Shown: positions 11,580 through 25,571 of the stretch, piece after piece
Position numbering within the stretch: the stretch's first letter is position 1
Layout of the letters: each line of letters begins with the position of its first letter
DNA from: Callorhinchus milii
Taxonomy: Eukaryota
Direction: 5' to 3'
DNA length: 64,000 nt
Assembly (NCBI RefSeq): GCF_018977255.1
Contig: NW_024704755.1
Coordinates: 15,376,001-15,440,000 of the forward strand
Notes under the pieces: model-generated
Seen by the model: the letters and a program-made list of their open reading frames with translations, nothing else
What the model was told of the DNA's origin: nothing
Databases searched by the model: none
Program-made: the position numbers and the translations under genes

Positions 11580-14500
11580 CTTTTATGTGGGTTGATTGTA
11601 AGATAGTCAATAAGAATGATGGTCAACAGTAACACTGCCACAAAGCATAACGTAAAACGGATAATCATCATAACGGACATTCCACCATTATCTGGAAAAC
11701 AAATTACGAAACTATAACATGTTTACATCAAAACTAAATAATCATTCTGTATTGGGAAAATGCACACGTTTTCCTTTTTTTACTGGAACGCTATAAAATG
11801 CGCATTCATTTTCAAATGAAAATAACAGCGAATAGTAGTGAAAATCAACGCGCGGCATTTTATTAGTGATGTTATAGAGACACAATTATATATTGTGTGG
11901 TAACAGTTCCCCATTGACTGTGCGCTCAGCTTCAAATGTACCGATAGAATGTGTGTTCTGACCCGAGCCATATAGAGCCACAGTCACCAAAACTCATTGC
12001 ATTGGAAATGTGCTCTCATCCCGAAAATCTATAAAACATCTCACAAGCGAGTTTTATTTTAATGCAGTGATTGTTGTTATAAAGGAATACGCAACAGAAG
12101 ATTTGCTCCAAATCGTCCTCAGAAAATGGAGTGGATTAATGAACCAATAGTATTTATGTTTCATTTGTGAACGTGTTTCAGTCCAAAAGTCCAATTTCTG
12201 ATGAACGCGCAGGACTATTGCACTTTAGAGAGGTTACTGAATGCCGAAAACGTAAATAACATTTTGAAGGGGAGCTATTCAGAATCTAATAACAAAACAA
12301 GAACATACGCAGATTTGAGATATTGTTCGATTCAAAGACTATACATTTAGAATTGGATTTTTAAAAAAAAATATATGGAGTTTCCAGCGAGAAACTTATA
12401 TGATTATAAATTGTTGCGTAACTAAATGTAAATACAATTTCCAGTAATTGGGTGTTTAACAACAAAAGCACCTTATTACTGGAAGACAATTTAGTCATCC
12501 TACCATAGAATCCTGGGTTTGGTTCAGAAACGGTGAACTTGGCAACTGCTGGAATCCGAAGGCTGATATGAGATACCAGACAGATATAAAGAGCCCCACT
12601 CTGTACAGGCTGTGTCTCTTCCATAGAGCTCCAAACTTTGTAGAGTCCCTTTGAGTTCCTTTCTTTTGTGGAGTTTATCCCAGTTTTAACTTCATTGCCA
12701 TCTTTACTCCAAATGAGCTTTATATCTTCTGGGTAAAACGCAGCCGTTTCACACACAAGTGTCGGAGGTGTTGATGAATCTGTTTCAGAATCTCTGGGGA
12801 ATATCTTCAGTGGGGTTGGGGGGACTGGAGGGCAGAAAATGGAGGAGAATCACATTACTGGTGATCAGTTGGAACATATAATTTGATTTCTATTTGAATT
12901 GTATGTAAATTGTTTCCTTGGAACATTATAACAAATAAGGCCCTCCGAGTCGCTACCCCACGTGAAGGGCCATATTGAAAGATGCTGTTGTCATAACAAG
13001 GGATCTGGATTGTAACTGAAGAAGCTGATCCTGTTCGGGTCTTCAATTTTGGAACAATGTTTAGGGTACGAAACGTTAAAAGGTGGAGGCGGTCCTGTCA
13101 CTATTCAGCAGATTAATAGTTGGATACAAGGATTTAACTATGACCAGAAGATGGCTAAACCTGATTTACATTTGATAGATCTGAGAAAGATGGGAGGTAA
13201 TTTGATTCAGGTATGAATGAATGATAGCATATTGCAGGCGCATCGTTCCAGTAAAGAAATAAAAATAGGAGACACGATCCTAACATTTTGGCTAAACCTG
13301 TTAGACGTGACATGAAACCGTCCAGTCCGCATGCAATACTATGATATTATGGAATCCCCTCCCAAGTGGCCTGGATGCAGATTGAAGTGGGATATTTAAA
13401 AAGAAAAAAGCTAAACATTTTAAGGGGCTGGAAAGTGGTGGCGAAATTGGGTTAAATGTTACGCCAGCATTCTCGAACAACAACTGAGATTTCACCTTCA
13501 TTAAAGATAATACCAAAACATCCCCATTAATAACAACATTCATTTTGTTCTGCTGTGTTTCTTCAAATTTAAATTTCAAACCAACTTACCATAATTAGAA
13601 TAGGTAATTCAAAATCATTTCATGACGACTGATGGGACATTGTTGTATGGAAATTGGTGCAAATGGTCCGAGTGTTTTTAAATATCTGCCTTTCATATAA
13701 ATCAGTAAATTGCAAATGTCTGGACCATAGGTGCAAGAGATTCTGATTCTGATTATCATCATTATTAGTAGTAGCAGTGTTATTAGCATTATTGTTAATA
13801 TTATTATTAGTAATATTATTGTTGTGTTAGCAATGATGGTATGGTAATAATAATTGTAATATTAATAAGACTTGCATTCGCCTTTTGTGTCGAGATGATG
13901 CCTCAAAGCATTTGATAGGATTCAATGTAAGAAAGGAGCGATTTTGTAGGAGAACACAGCAGCCAATTTTGCACACACCAATGTGCCACAAATAGTCATG
14001 AAGTGAAAAACCAACTCTATCTGGTGGAGTCGTCTGCCGGACAGGGGGGAAAGAGTCTCTCTTCTGGTTTCGAAAAGAACCACGAGATCGTTAACATCAC
14101 CTGAACATGCAGGAGGGACCTCGGCTTAGCGCCTCGTTCACATAGGGAGAACCTCAAGCAATAGAGCAATGTAAAGGTCTGGACTATAGTACAAGAGATT
14201 CTGATTAATAAAAATGATGATTCAACCTCAAGCCATAGAGCGCGTTCCTAACATTGCTTTTGATTGTGTGCGCTGTGATCTTCATGTTTTGACGTGGGAC
14301 AATCTGATAAATGCTTTCAGCACAGAATAAAATACCGAATAGCGTTACTATTATGCTTGCGTCGGTAGGAGGGATATAATTGTTTCAAAGCATTGCTTAA
14401 AACAATTATTAATCAACTCAAATCCCCACTTTGCTGTGTGGTATAAACCCGCCATCTACCATCAGTACAATAACAAATGGGCAATACTTTAGATGAATTT

Positions 14501-15219
14501 CGTATTGATAAAAATATTTCAGGTTAAAACAGAATCTTTCGCTGTGTTATGTACGATCACATGGGATTAAAAAATGAAACAAACAATTTGCCCAAAACAA
14601 TTTCAAAATGCCGCAATGTTCGCCTTTCAACATTATTCACATTATCAACTGTATTCACACTTACCATGTACAATTAAACGTGATCCAGTTCCATTTGCTG
14701 CTATTTTCCCCTGACGGCTCACTGCACAGAGATAGACTCCTGAGTCGTGGAAACTCACATTTAGGAGCTGGAATGATTTGAAATCGAATATTTTCCTGTT
14801 GTCAGGACTTGTATGTAAATATTCGCGCTCTCCTCGCTTCCACCAGTAAAAGGTTAAATCTGAAGTGGTCTGAATATCGGTAAACTTGCATCCGAAGGTA
14901 ATGCTTTCACCTTGATTTGCTATCTGTTCTACAGGATATTGGATCACTTTCATCGATGCATCTCCAGCAACTGTGAGAAAATAAATCAAACCTATAATTG
15001 GTGATTGTAGAGTTGAAGAAACGTGACAAAATAACTATAGGGAAAAAGGGAAAAAAGGTGGAAGAAGAGAAAGAGCGAGAAAGATTTATGCATTCACTGA
15101 AACATTTTGAAACTCTTCATCAATATCGTTTTGTATTTAAGATCCGCTGTAGTAAAACAATTACCTGCGAAAATAATCCCCATCAGAGAAAGACAGGGGA
15201 ACACATCACTCGCCACCAT
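11580..15219 (-). CDS. A2: VJ-C1-TM receptor with Arg in the TM (putative activating); final short tail exon unresolved
   Basis: Leader 15165-15219; V 14665-14970; C1 12504-12824 (321 nt); TM 11580-11691 (DNGGMSVMMIIRFTLCFVAVLLLTIILIDYLTINPHK, ends in phase 2). All junctions GT-AG and in frame. Confidence 0.85.
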
Positions 15220-16964
15220 CGTGATCAGTTGCTGAGACTCACCTCAACATGTTATTGGGTGTAACAAACATTTACTGATTGTCTAATATTAAATAATTTG
15301 CAGTGTCATGTGACTTCCTGTCTCCATGGTCAGAGATGAGTGAGATACGATTTGCAAAGAGAATTGTGCCTTTCAATTGTAACTGGAATCACTTCTCAGA
15401 TCGGTAGCAAAGAGAAGGGGTGCATATATCCATATTATTCTCCGGTTTTGTTTTTAGTTCTTGCATTAATTCTTCCTTATCATAAGAACATGAGAAACTA
15501 GGAACACAAGATCCTGGCGGTCGCATTCATATATGTGGCAAACTACCTATGTACTATATCTCATAGTGCTATTTCCTAAAAGAAAAGTATCTAATCTGTG
15601 TTTGAAAGAATCAATACTTCCAGCTTCAACTGTCTGACTAAGACACAGTTCCACAGTTTCACTATTCGCTCAGTGAAATAGTGTTCATATAGATTCGTTC
15701 TGAATTTACCCTCCTTCAATTGCAAGCTGTTTTCTGTCTTTTTACTATTCTGGACAAATTGAAACAGCCTGTCCTGATCTATCTTGTCTAACCCCTTTAT
15801 AATCTTAAAGACAGCAATCATGTCACCTATTTTTCAGCATGAACATGCCCAACTTACTTAGTTGCTCCTCATAGTTCAGTCCTTCCATTCCCTCAATCAT
15901 TTTGGTTGCCCTCCTCTGTATCTTCTCAATTCATCCAATATCATTTTTGGAGCTTCAAAACATTCACATTTATGATTTGTATATAACAGCTAAGGAAGCT
16001 ACATTCTCTCCAGTTTAACATCAGCTTTAGGCTACACCATGGGACGGCAATTTAGTGGAAAGCGGACGGAGAATCAAGCAGAATGTTTTGATTTATTTAA
16101 TGTTCTGAGCCATAGTTTAATGTTTCTTCTGGAACCTGAGTAATTGATCATTGAATGCATTACCCTATTGAATATCTTTCCATATTTTGTTCAATGGAAA
16201 TCAATATAATGAGTACAAAGTTTATGATTTCATTAACAGTAGATTATATTTTGTCAATAGCAGATTTTTTGTAACATTTTAATATTAATATTAATATTAC
16301 AGAAACACAAAATAAATGTTTCCACTTTTACAAAGTCAGTGTATCTTTCTTACAAACTCTACAATCATAGCTTTATAAAACACTGGTTAGGCCTCAGCTG
16401 GAGTACTGTGTTCAGTTCTGGACACTACGTTTTCGGAAGGATGTGAAGACATCGGAGATGGTGCAAAGAAGATTTACCTGGATGGTACCAGGAATGAGGG
16501 CCTTCAGTTATCAGGAGAGGCTAGATAAGCTAGGATTATTCTCCTTGGAGTATAGAAGGTTAAGAGGAGTCGTAATGGAAGTTTTCAAAATTATGAGAGG
16601 GTTCGATAGGGTGAACAGTGAGAAACTATTTCCACTGGCGGCTGGGTCGGTAACTTGATGATACGGATTTAAAATAGTTGTTAAAAGAAACAGAGGGGAG
16701 GTGAGGCAAATATCTTTCACACAATGGAATGCATTGCCTAAAATGGTGGTTGAAGCCAATTTGATATCAACTTATAAGAGAGATATAGATAATTATTTGG
16801 GGAAGATAAGTCGTGAGGACTATGGGGAGAGCGCGGGGGAGTGGCATTGAATTGGATAGCTCATTTCAAAGAGTGGCACAGACATGATGGGCCTAATGAC
16901 CTCCTTCTGTGATGTATAATTCTAAGATTGTAGGATTCTTAGATACAGAGTTTCTTTCAATGAA

Positions 16965-17905
16965 TACAACAAAAAGATTACATTTGTATAGCATCTTTCA
17001 CGTCGAGAGGACGTCCCAAAGCACTGGACAGTGTACAGCATTTCAGACCCGAGCTGGGGTCAAGGGGGAGAAGGGAGGGGAGGGGAAGGGGGGTGACCAA
17101 TGGCATGGTTGAAGAGGAGGGTTTTGAGGTGGGAATTGAAAGAGGCTAAGGAGGGGGCGAGGTGGAGTGATGGAGTTCCAGAGGTTGGGGGCAAAGTGGC
17201 TGAAGGCTCTCCTGCCAATGGTGGGGTGGGTTGTTCGGGGGTCTTGCAGCAGGCCGGTGCCGGCTGAGGGGAGGGAGCAGGCAGGTTGGTAGGGGCTTAG
17301 GAGGTCACAGAGAGAGGCGGGGTGAGACCATTGGGGGTTTGTAGGTGAGGACCAGGATTTTGAACTGGATCCTCTGAAGGATAGGGAGCCAATGGAGTCG
17401 GGCAAGAATGGGGGAGATGGGGTCAGGGAGTTTGGTGCAGGAGAGGACATCGACTGCAGAGTTCTGGATTATCTGCAGTCTGTGGAGGGAGGAGTTGGGA
17501 AGGTCAACAAGCAGGGCATTTGCATAGGGGGCAAATAGAGTTTCAGCGGCCTGAGGGTGAGATAGTGGCGGAGTTGGGCGATGTTAAGGAGGTGAGAGAA
17601 GGCAGAGCAGATCATGGTTTGGATGTGGGGAAGAAAAGACAGTTGAGGGTCGAACAAGACACCTCGGTTCCTGACTGGCTTGGTGATTTGAAGTGTGCAA
17701 TCATGGAGGTTGATGCTGCCAGAGCCTGAGGTGCAGAGGTGCGAGCGCAAGCCAATCAGGACGGCCTCAGTCGTATTCACATTCAACTGTAGGAAGTTTG
17801 CCCTCATCCAGGACTTCATGTCCGACAGACAGTCTGTCAGGACAGCAGTGATCCTGGAGTTGAAGGTGGAAGCAGAAAGATAGAGTTGGGTGTCATCCGC
17901 ATACA
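16965..17905 (-). mobile_element. L2-type LINE 3' fragment (RT YADD and downstream)
   Basis: MYMYADDTQLYLS..WMRANFLQLN and GRRAFSHFAPNLWNS motifs, with frameshifts. Confidence 0.85.
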
Positions 17906-18453
17906 TATACAATACAATAACAGTGGTACAGCTGAATTATAGAAATATCTCTAAATAAATAATAATCATTTACGTGCTTGATTTGCATCTATTTGCCCAC
18001 AGCAATGTCTCATAAACAGGAATGAAGTCAACGACCAATTTTCTCCAGGGAAATGTTGGTCATGATACCTAGAGGACCCACTTCAATTTAGTAGTAATGC
18101 AAAAAGACCTTCAACTAACACCTGAACATGCATCCTGACCTCATTCAATGCTTCATCTATAAATAATACTAACAACTTGCATACACACATACTACGACCT
18201 TCACATGGGAAGCAACTCCGAGCATCTCGAACTACACCTACGACAATGAAGAGCAAACCCATTATGACATTGGAGCATCAACCTTGAACATGAGTTTAAG
18301 TCTGGACCTTCGGTTTGAACTCAAACTGACCTTTTCAGGTAGATACGTATTACCAGGTGTCAAGTATCAGGAATTTTGATTGCACAGCATTCTCAATAAT
18401 GGATAATGTTCATGGAGAGTGTTTCGTCAGTAGAAACAAAACATATGTATGTT

Positions 18454-18585
18454 CTGACGAAGGGTCGTGGACCCAAAACGTTGACTCACTTTCCTTTCTC
18501 TATAGCTGCTGCCTGACCTGCTGAGTTTTCCCAGCTCTCTCTATTTTTGTTTCAGATTCCAGTATCTGCAGTGTTTTGTGTTTTG
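18454..18585 (+). mobile_element. Short Penelope-like terminal-repeat insertion with a 15-bp target duplication
   Basis: AAACATATGTATGTT at 18439-18453 and 18586-18600 flanks the insert. Absent from the paralogous positions near 7040 and 25870. Confidence 0.7.
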
Positions 18586-18742
18586 AAACATATGTATGTT
18601 TTGGAGGGTTAGGCTTTACATCGCTGAGGTTCTGTACAAAACATTGTTTTACACATTGTGCACAAGCTTGATGTTGATATTAGGATTGTGAATTGGGAAT
18701 CATCATTGAAGTGGAGCCTTGGGTTGAGCAATAGCCACTTAC

Positions 18743-18985
18743 TTGGCATTTAAGGCTGATTGACAATGAGCACATGAGAAACCGTGAATGTTCAATTAGA
18801 GTTAAGAAGGGGTTATTTTCTTGCTGTTTTCTGAATCACATATAAATAGTATAAATAAACTGGATTCGGATAATGTGTTTAATGAAGGAAAGTAATGATG
18901 TATAGGAAGGTGATGTTTGTCCGTCTGATGGCATTCACTCATTCTGCGATAAGTGTTACTTTGACTGAAAAATCATCAGTACTAC
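18743..18985 (-). pseudogene. Decayed X-type V exon upstream of A2
   Basis: Reads DDFSVKVTLIAE*VNAIRRTNITF versus DASVKVTQIPDPVAAIRGTHVTF in X5. The acceptor tctgatag and the gtaagt donor are retained; there is an in-frame stop. Confidence 0.7.
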
Positions 18986-21961
18986 CTATCAGAACAAATA
19001 ACAAGGAGAGATTAATACATTACAATACCAGCTTGCCCCTCAGCACAATGATTCCGATCAGTTTTGACCCTGACGGTATTTAATAAGCTGATCTGCAACA
19101 AATGATTTGCTGACAAAAATGTTTCTGTGTCATTTGACTTTGACAAACAAAAGCATTGGCGGTTTGCCAGTCTGCCCCCAACCTCTGGAACTTCATCCTC
19201 CAATCACTCCGCCTCGCTCCCTCCTTAGCCTCCTTCAAGTCCCGTCCCAAAACCCTCCTCTTCAACCATGCCATGGGTCACCCCCCCTTCCGCTCCCCTC
19301 CCTTCTCCCCCCTGACCCCAGCTCAGGTCTGAAATGCTGTGCACTGTCCAGCACCTTGGAACGTCCTCACAGCGTGAAAGGCGCTAAACAAATGTAATCT
19401 TGTTGTTGTTGACTTCCTATCTTTGAGGGATCAGTACATTTAGTTGGTGGAGAAAGAGCAACTTGTAAGGATACGTGATCACTAACCCTATGATGAGATT
19501 AACCCCATCCATCTTTAGCACATAAAAGATTTAAATTAATCCAGCCTTTAAACGTAATTCAAGGTCACGTTGTGGATCTCGGGATACTGAGTTTAACTGA
19601 TACCTTTTGGTGGATCATCTCTTCTTCGGAGAGTTCCATTCAATTATATATAGAAATCAATAAGCAACAAAATTATGAGAACCAAACAACCAGCCTAACA
19701 TCTTCACGGATATCTGCGTAATTATACTTTGTCATCCGGGTGTCGAACCCACACAGAAAACCACGCTTAAGATTCTGCCAAGAGGGTTGGAGAGAATGGG
19801 AGTGAGAGAGAGAAATGGAGAGAGAGTGAGAGTGGGTGAGAGAGGTATAGAGAGTGTGTAAGAACGCGTGAGAGAGAAGAGGGAGAGAAAGTGATTCAGA
19901 GGGCGAGAGAGAGCATGATAGAGAGGTGGGGACAGAGAAAAAAGTTAAGTGGAGGACAGTAGATGATGAGATCAGAGATTTTGATGGTGCAAGATAAAAG
20001 ATAGCAATAGTGGGAGATTCGAGAAAGAAAAGATGCTTCTGCCACCGAGAGGATGTGTGAGTGGTTACACAAGAGGAGGAGGGCCGAGGCAAGGCTGAGA
20101 GGAGATGGGAGTGTTGTTTGTTTCAAGAACAAATCAGATAGATAATAATATCTCAGGATACAGTATATAGTTTGGGACATGGTATGTCAGGCGGCTGCCA
20201 GGAAAGAGGAATGCGAACTGATAGACCTTGGTTTTCTTTTGCCTCGCAAATTCATATGCTTTTGTGTTCTTAAGTTGTTGTTGTTACCAACTTTGTGGGA
20301 TCAGAAAATAAATCTAAACAGTACTTCTCAACTCAAAGATTGGATGCATTTAATAGATTTCTGCATGTCCCAGACATTGCGTTCCCCGGAGGCATGGAAC
20401 AATCAATGAACTACCATTATGAAATTCATTGAACATTTTATTTATTGCAATTCAAAATGTTGAAATAAAATCTGTTATGTTCAATTACAATCCAAAATAC
20501 AGGGAACTTCGATAGAGATTTTAGGCGAGTGGTATTACAGGTATCAGAAAAATACAATAAAACGTATATTATTTGCAAAGCCATAACCATCACACACACT
20601 AAAAAAAAGCTCTATTTTAACACAATAAAATATGTAATGTATGACATCTGGCGATCAAGTCTCGGTAGCTCAAACATGCCACTGAGTGCAATATAAAATA
20701 TCTTGAAACTTGTGGTAGAATGAAAACTTGACTCAGTTTTCTAGTGCCAAATTTGACAGATAACAATTTTGCCAACCTTGAAACAAACAACATAATAATC
20801 CGGGTTGTTATTGAAATTACGATAAAACAGACACATTTTTTACTTTTAAAAAGCTGAAAAGTGTGAAGTGCTTCGGCTGCCCAGTGAAATAAAGCAAAAG
20901 GAATATTGATCAAAAAGCTGACGCTTTCTGGGTCATTGTGTGGCGAAGGCTCTGTGGCTAATGGTACATAGATTTATTAACACCATCAACATCATTTTCG
21001 GTGACAGTCAGAAAAAGCAAAACTTGATCGACAATTCATGTACAACTGGACTCCGGGATACGCCTCGAAATTATTTAAAAACACTATATTCGCTGCGCTT
21101 GGTGTATTGCATTATATTAGTAATTGTCGGTTCATTGGAGCCAAATTGACCAAGCTGATGTATATTATTTTGACCTGGGTTTTTCGAAGAAAATCTGTGA
21201 AACTGCTGATATTTAACGGGTGAAAAAGAAATAAGAGGTGATTTTCCAGATATATTCCGACTCCTAAATGGTATAACTCAAACGCATTCAAATATATTTT
21301 ATACAGTATACTGCTCATAATTTATAATCTTCTGTTCTTCCAGTCCGTGTATTCCATTAGCATAATTGAATCACCTCAATCGTTTCTTCCTCACTTCATC
21401 TATAACAAAACAAGTAGTGTAATCGTGAATATCACCAATCCTTTGATTCTATGATCAATTGTAATAATTGCTGATTTTCACCAAACAAATTGATGATTCA
21501 TTCTGCAATGTTTACAACGAGACTGGAACCGTTACTCGTTTAGTTTAATTTTAAACGGTAATTAAACATATTCGGACAACACGATTTGCAGTGAGATCGC
21601 CTTTTACGTTGGAAGGACGTCTGAAAGCGCTTGGCTGTGTTTGTGGGGCTCCGGAGCTGGAGACGGAATCCGAAGTATTGCATATGACCCAAACCCAACC
21701 ATGTAACACGGATCTGGTTGCTATTGCACGAATGTATTGTTCAATATTTCCGGATACCTGAAAGTTTGGATTAGATATGTTTATATCCATTGATTATTAG
21801 AGATTCCGCCAACAGAACAAAAAGTAATTTCCGCATTGTAAAGTGTGTTGTCCCTGTAGCAGCGAACAACCTGAACCTGTCCCCCTTTCATTGATAACTG
21901 TATGTGCGACGATATTTGTCAATGAAAAGTCAATGCTCTTTTAAAGCAAAGAATGTTTTAC

Positions 21962-24685
21962 CTTTTATGTGGGTTGATTGTAAGATAGTCAACAATGATG
22001 ATGGTCAACAGTAACACTGCCACAAAGCATAACATAAAACGGATAATCATCATAACGGGCATTCCACCATTATCTGGAAAACAAATTACGAAACTATAAC
22101 ATGTTTACATCAAAACTACTGAATAATCATTCTGTATTGGGAAAATGCACACGTTTTCCTTTTTTTACTGGAACGCTATAAAATGCGCATTCAATCAATT
22201 GCAAATAACAGCGAATAGTAGTGAAAATCAACGCGCGGCATTTTATTAGTGATGTTATAGAGACACAGTTATATATTATGTGACAGCAGTTCCCCATTGA
22301 CTGTGCGCTCAGCTTCAAATGTACCGATAGAATGTGTGTTCTGACCCGAGCCATAGAGAGCCACAGTCACCAAAACTCATTGCATTGGAAATGTGCTCTC
22401 ATCCCGAAAATCTATAAAACATCTCACAAGCGAGTTTTATTTTAATGCAGTGATTGTTGTTATAAAGGAATACGTAACAGCAGATTTGTTCCAAATCGTC
22501 CTCAGAAAATGGAGTGGATTAATGAACCAATAGTATTTATGTTTCATTTGTGAACGCGTTTCAGTCCAAAAGTCCAATTTCTGATGAACGCGCAGGACTA
22601 TTGCACTTTAGAGAGGTTACTGCATGTCAACAACGCTTTGAATGAGACATATTCAGAATTTAATAACAAAACAAGAACATACGCAGATTTGAGATATTCT
22701 TCGATTCAAAGACGACACATTTAAAATTGGATTTTACATATATATGGAGTTTTCAGCGAGAAACTTATATAACTATAAATTGTAGCGTAAATAATGTAAA
22801 TCCAATTGCCAGTAACAAGGTATTTAACAACAAATGACAGTAAGACAAGTAACTTCCTACCATCAACTTCTGTTTTGGGTTCAGAAACGGCGTAGACGGC
22901 AACTGCTGGAATCCGAAGGCTGACATGAGATACCACACAGGTATAAATAACTCCGCTCTGCACAGACTCTGTCTCTTCCATAGAGCTCGAAACTTTGTAA
23001 AGTCCATTTGAATTATTTTCTTTCGTGAAATGTATCCCAGTTTTAACTTCATTGCTATCTTTATTCCAGGTGAGCGTTACATCTTCCGGGTAAAACTCAG
23101 CCGTTTCACACACAAGAGACTGAGACTTTGATGAATCTCTTTCAGAATCTGTGGGGAATATCTTCAGTGGGGTTGGGGGGACTGTAGGGCAGACAGTGGG
23201 GCAGAATCACATTACGGGTGAGCAGTTGGAATATGAAATGTTATTCCCAGTTGAAATGTATATGAATTGATTCCGAGCGACATTTTAACAAAGGAAGGTT
23301 TTCCGAGACGTTAACCCATGTGACGGGCGCTATATAAATGTACGTTATTGTTGGCATAACAAGGAATCTGGATTGCAACGGCAAGAAACTGATCCTGTTC
23401 AGATGTTTTATTTGGAACAACGTTTCTGGTACCAAAGATTAAACGATGCCCTGATTAGAACAGGTAATTCAAAATCATTTCATGACTGTTTGTGGGACAT
23501 TTTTGAGCGCCAATTGTTCATGTTATTTCAAATTGTCTAAGTGTGTTTAAACATTTGCCTTTGATATGAATCAGTATTTTTTTAAATGTCTGGACCACAG
23601 TACAAGGGTTTCTGATTAATAGTAACAAAGCTTGAACCTGAAGCCATAGGGCTCTCGCTCAAACATTGCATTTCTTTGTCTGTGTACACTATAATCTTCA
23701 TGTCTTGATGTGTGAAATCTGACTAAATGCGTTCAGGTCAGAATAAAATACCATATAGAGCTAATATTCTACTGACGGCAGGAGGAGGGTTATACATGTT
23801 TGAAAGCGTTGCATAACGGAGTTATTAGCGACTCACATTCCCACTTTGTTGTGTGGTATAAACCCGCCGTTCCCTTCAGTACAGTAACGAAGGGGCAAAA
23901 CTGCATTTGAATAATATTCCATTGATAAAATGTATTTCGGGTTAAAGTCAAATCTGTTCCCGTGTCCTGTGCTATCATAACTTTTTGTGAGAGTAGAAAA
24001 TAGTACTCTCGCAAAAAGTTATGACAGTACAGGACATCAGTTTAGTGTAGAGTAGTTTATCCATAACGATTTCAAATTGCCTCAATACTCGCCTTTCAGC
24101 ATTCCCCGTTCCTGTTGCACTCACACTTACCATGTACAGTTAAACTGGTTCCAGTCCCATTTCCTGCTATTTTCCCCTTATGGACCGCTGCACAAATATA
24201 GACTCCGGAGTCGTTGAAATTCAGATTTAGGATCTGGAACGTTTTGTAATCAAATATTCTCCTGTTGTCAGGTCGTGTGTGCAAATATTCCCTCTCTCCT
24301 CGCTTCCACCAATATAATGTTGTATCTGAACCAGATTGACTGTCAGCAAACTTGCAGCCGAAGGTAACGTTTGCACCTCGGATTGCTGTTCGCTCTGCAG
24401 GATACTGAATCACTCTCATCGATGTACCACCAGTAACTGTGAGAAAATACATCAAATCTATCATTAGTAATTGTGGAATCTAAAACTAGAAAAGTGACAA
24501 AATAGCTATAGGACAGGATGGAGAGAAGGTGGAAGAAAGGAAAAACAGATGAACGTATTCATTAAACACATTTTGAAACTCTTTATGAATATCGTTTTGT
24601 ATTTAAGATCCGCTGTAGTAAAATAATTACCTGTGAAAATAATCCCCATCAGAGAAAGACAGGGGAACACATCACTCGCCACCAT
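21962..24685 (-). CDS. A3: VJ-C1-TM receptor with Arg in the TM (putative activating), second V subtype
   Basis: Leader 24631-24685; V 24131-24436 (GTSMRVIQYPAERTA..DSGVYICAAV..GTGTSLTV); C1 22861-23181; TM 21962-22073 (DNGGMPVMMIIRFMLCFVAVLLLTIIIVDYLTINPHK). Canonical splice sites, frame preserved. Confidence 0.85.
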
Positions 24686-25571
24686 CGTGATCAGTTGCTG
24701 AGACTCACCATCAACATGTTATTGGGTGTAACAAACATTTGCTGATTGTCTAATATGAAATAATTCGCAGTGTCATATGACTTCCTGTCTCCATGGTCAG
24801 AGATGAGTGACATACGATTTGCAAAGAGAATTGTGCCTTTCAATTGTAACTGGAATCAGTCCTCAGATCGGCAATCAAGAAGAAGGCAAATATATTCATA
24901 TTATTGTCTGTTTTTTTCTGTGTTCTTGTAATAATTCTCCATTTTCAGTCCCCGTATTCACATTGATAATTAGTATATAATAAAAAATTATATGTCTTTA
25001 TAGTTGATGTAGAAACCTAATGAAGCTGCATTCGCTCCAGTTTAGCATCAGTTTTAGGCTACACCATGGAACGGCAATCTAAGTGAAAGCACACAGAGAA
25101 CCAAATGATCTTTGAATCAAACACAAATGTTTGATTTATCTAATGTTCTGAGCTAAGGTACAATGGTTTCTCTTGAACCTAAGCCTTTAATCAATCAATA
25201 TATTACCATATTGAATGTAGTTCCATATTTTATTGAATGCAATTCAATATAATGAATACAAAGCATATCTGGATGATTTTTTAGTAACAATTTAACAATA
25301 GATATTACAGAAATGCCAAATAAATGCTTCTATTTTTACAAAATCAATTTATCTTCTTCACAAACACTACAATCATACAGAATCTCTTTCCTTTACAGGA
25401 TAATAATCCTTTACATGTGATTTATTTGCACGTATTTGCACGCAGTAGTGTCCCATAAATAGATATGAAGTGAATGACTAATTTTCTCTGAGAATTGTTG
25501 GTCATGATACTCAGAGGACCCATTTCAACTGAGGAATGATACTAAGAGATCTTTAACCTACCCCTGAACAG

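Noticed and set aside
22127-22354. Repeated short ORFs (MARVRTH.., MDINIS..) seen at 11.8, 21.6, 22.1, 45.5 and 46.1 kb
   Set aside because: They recur only because the DNA is duplicated. They lie in introns or 3' flanks and have no domain signature or splice support.
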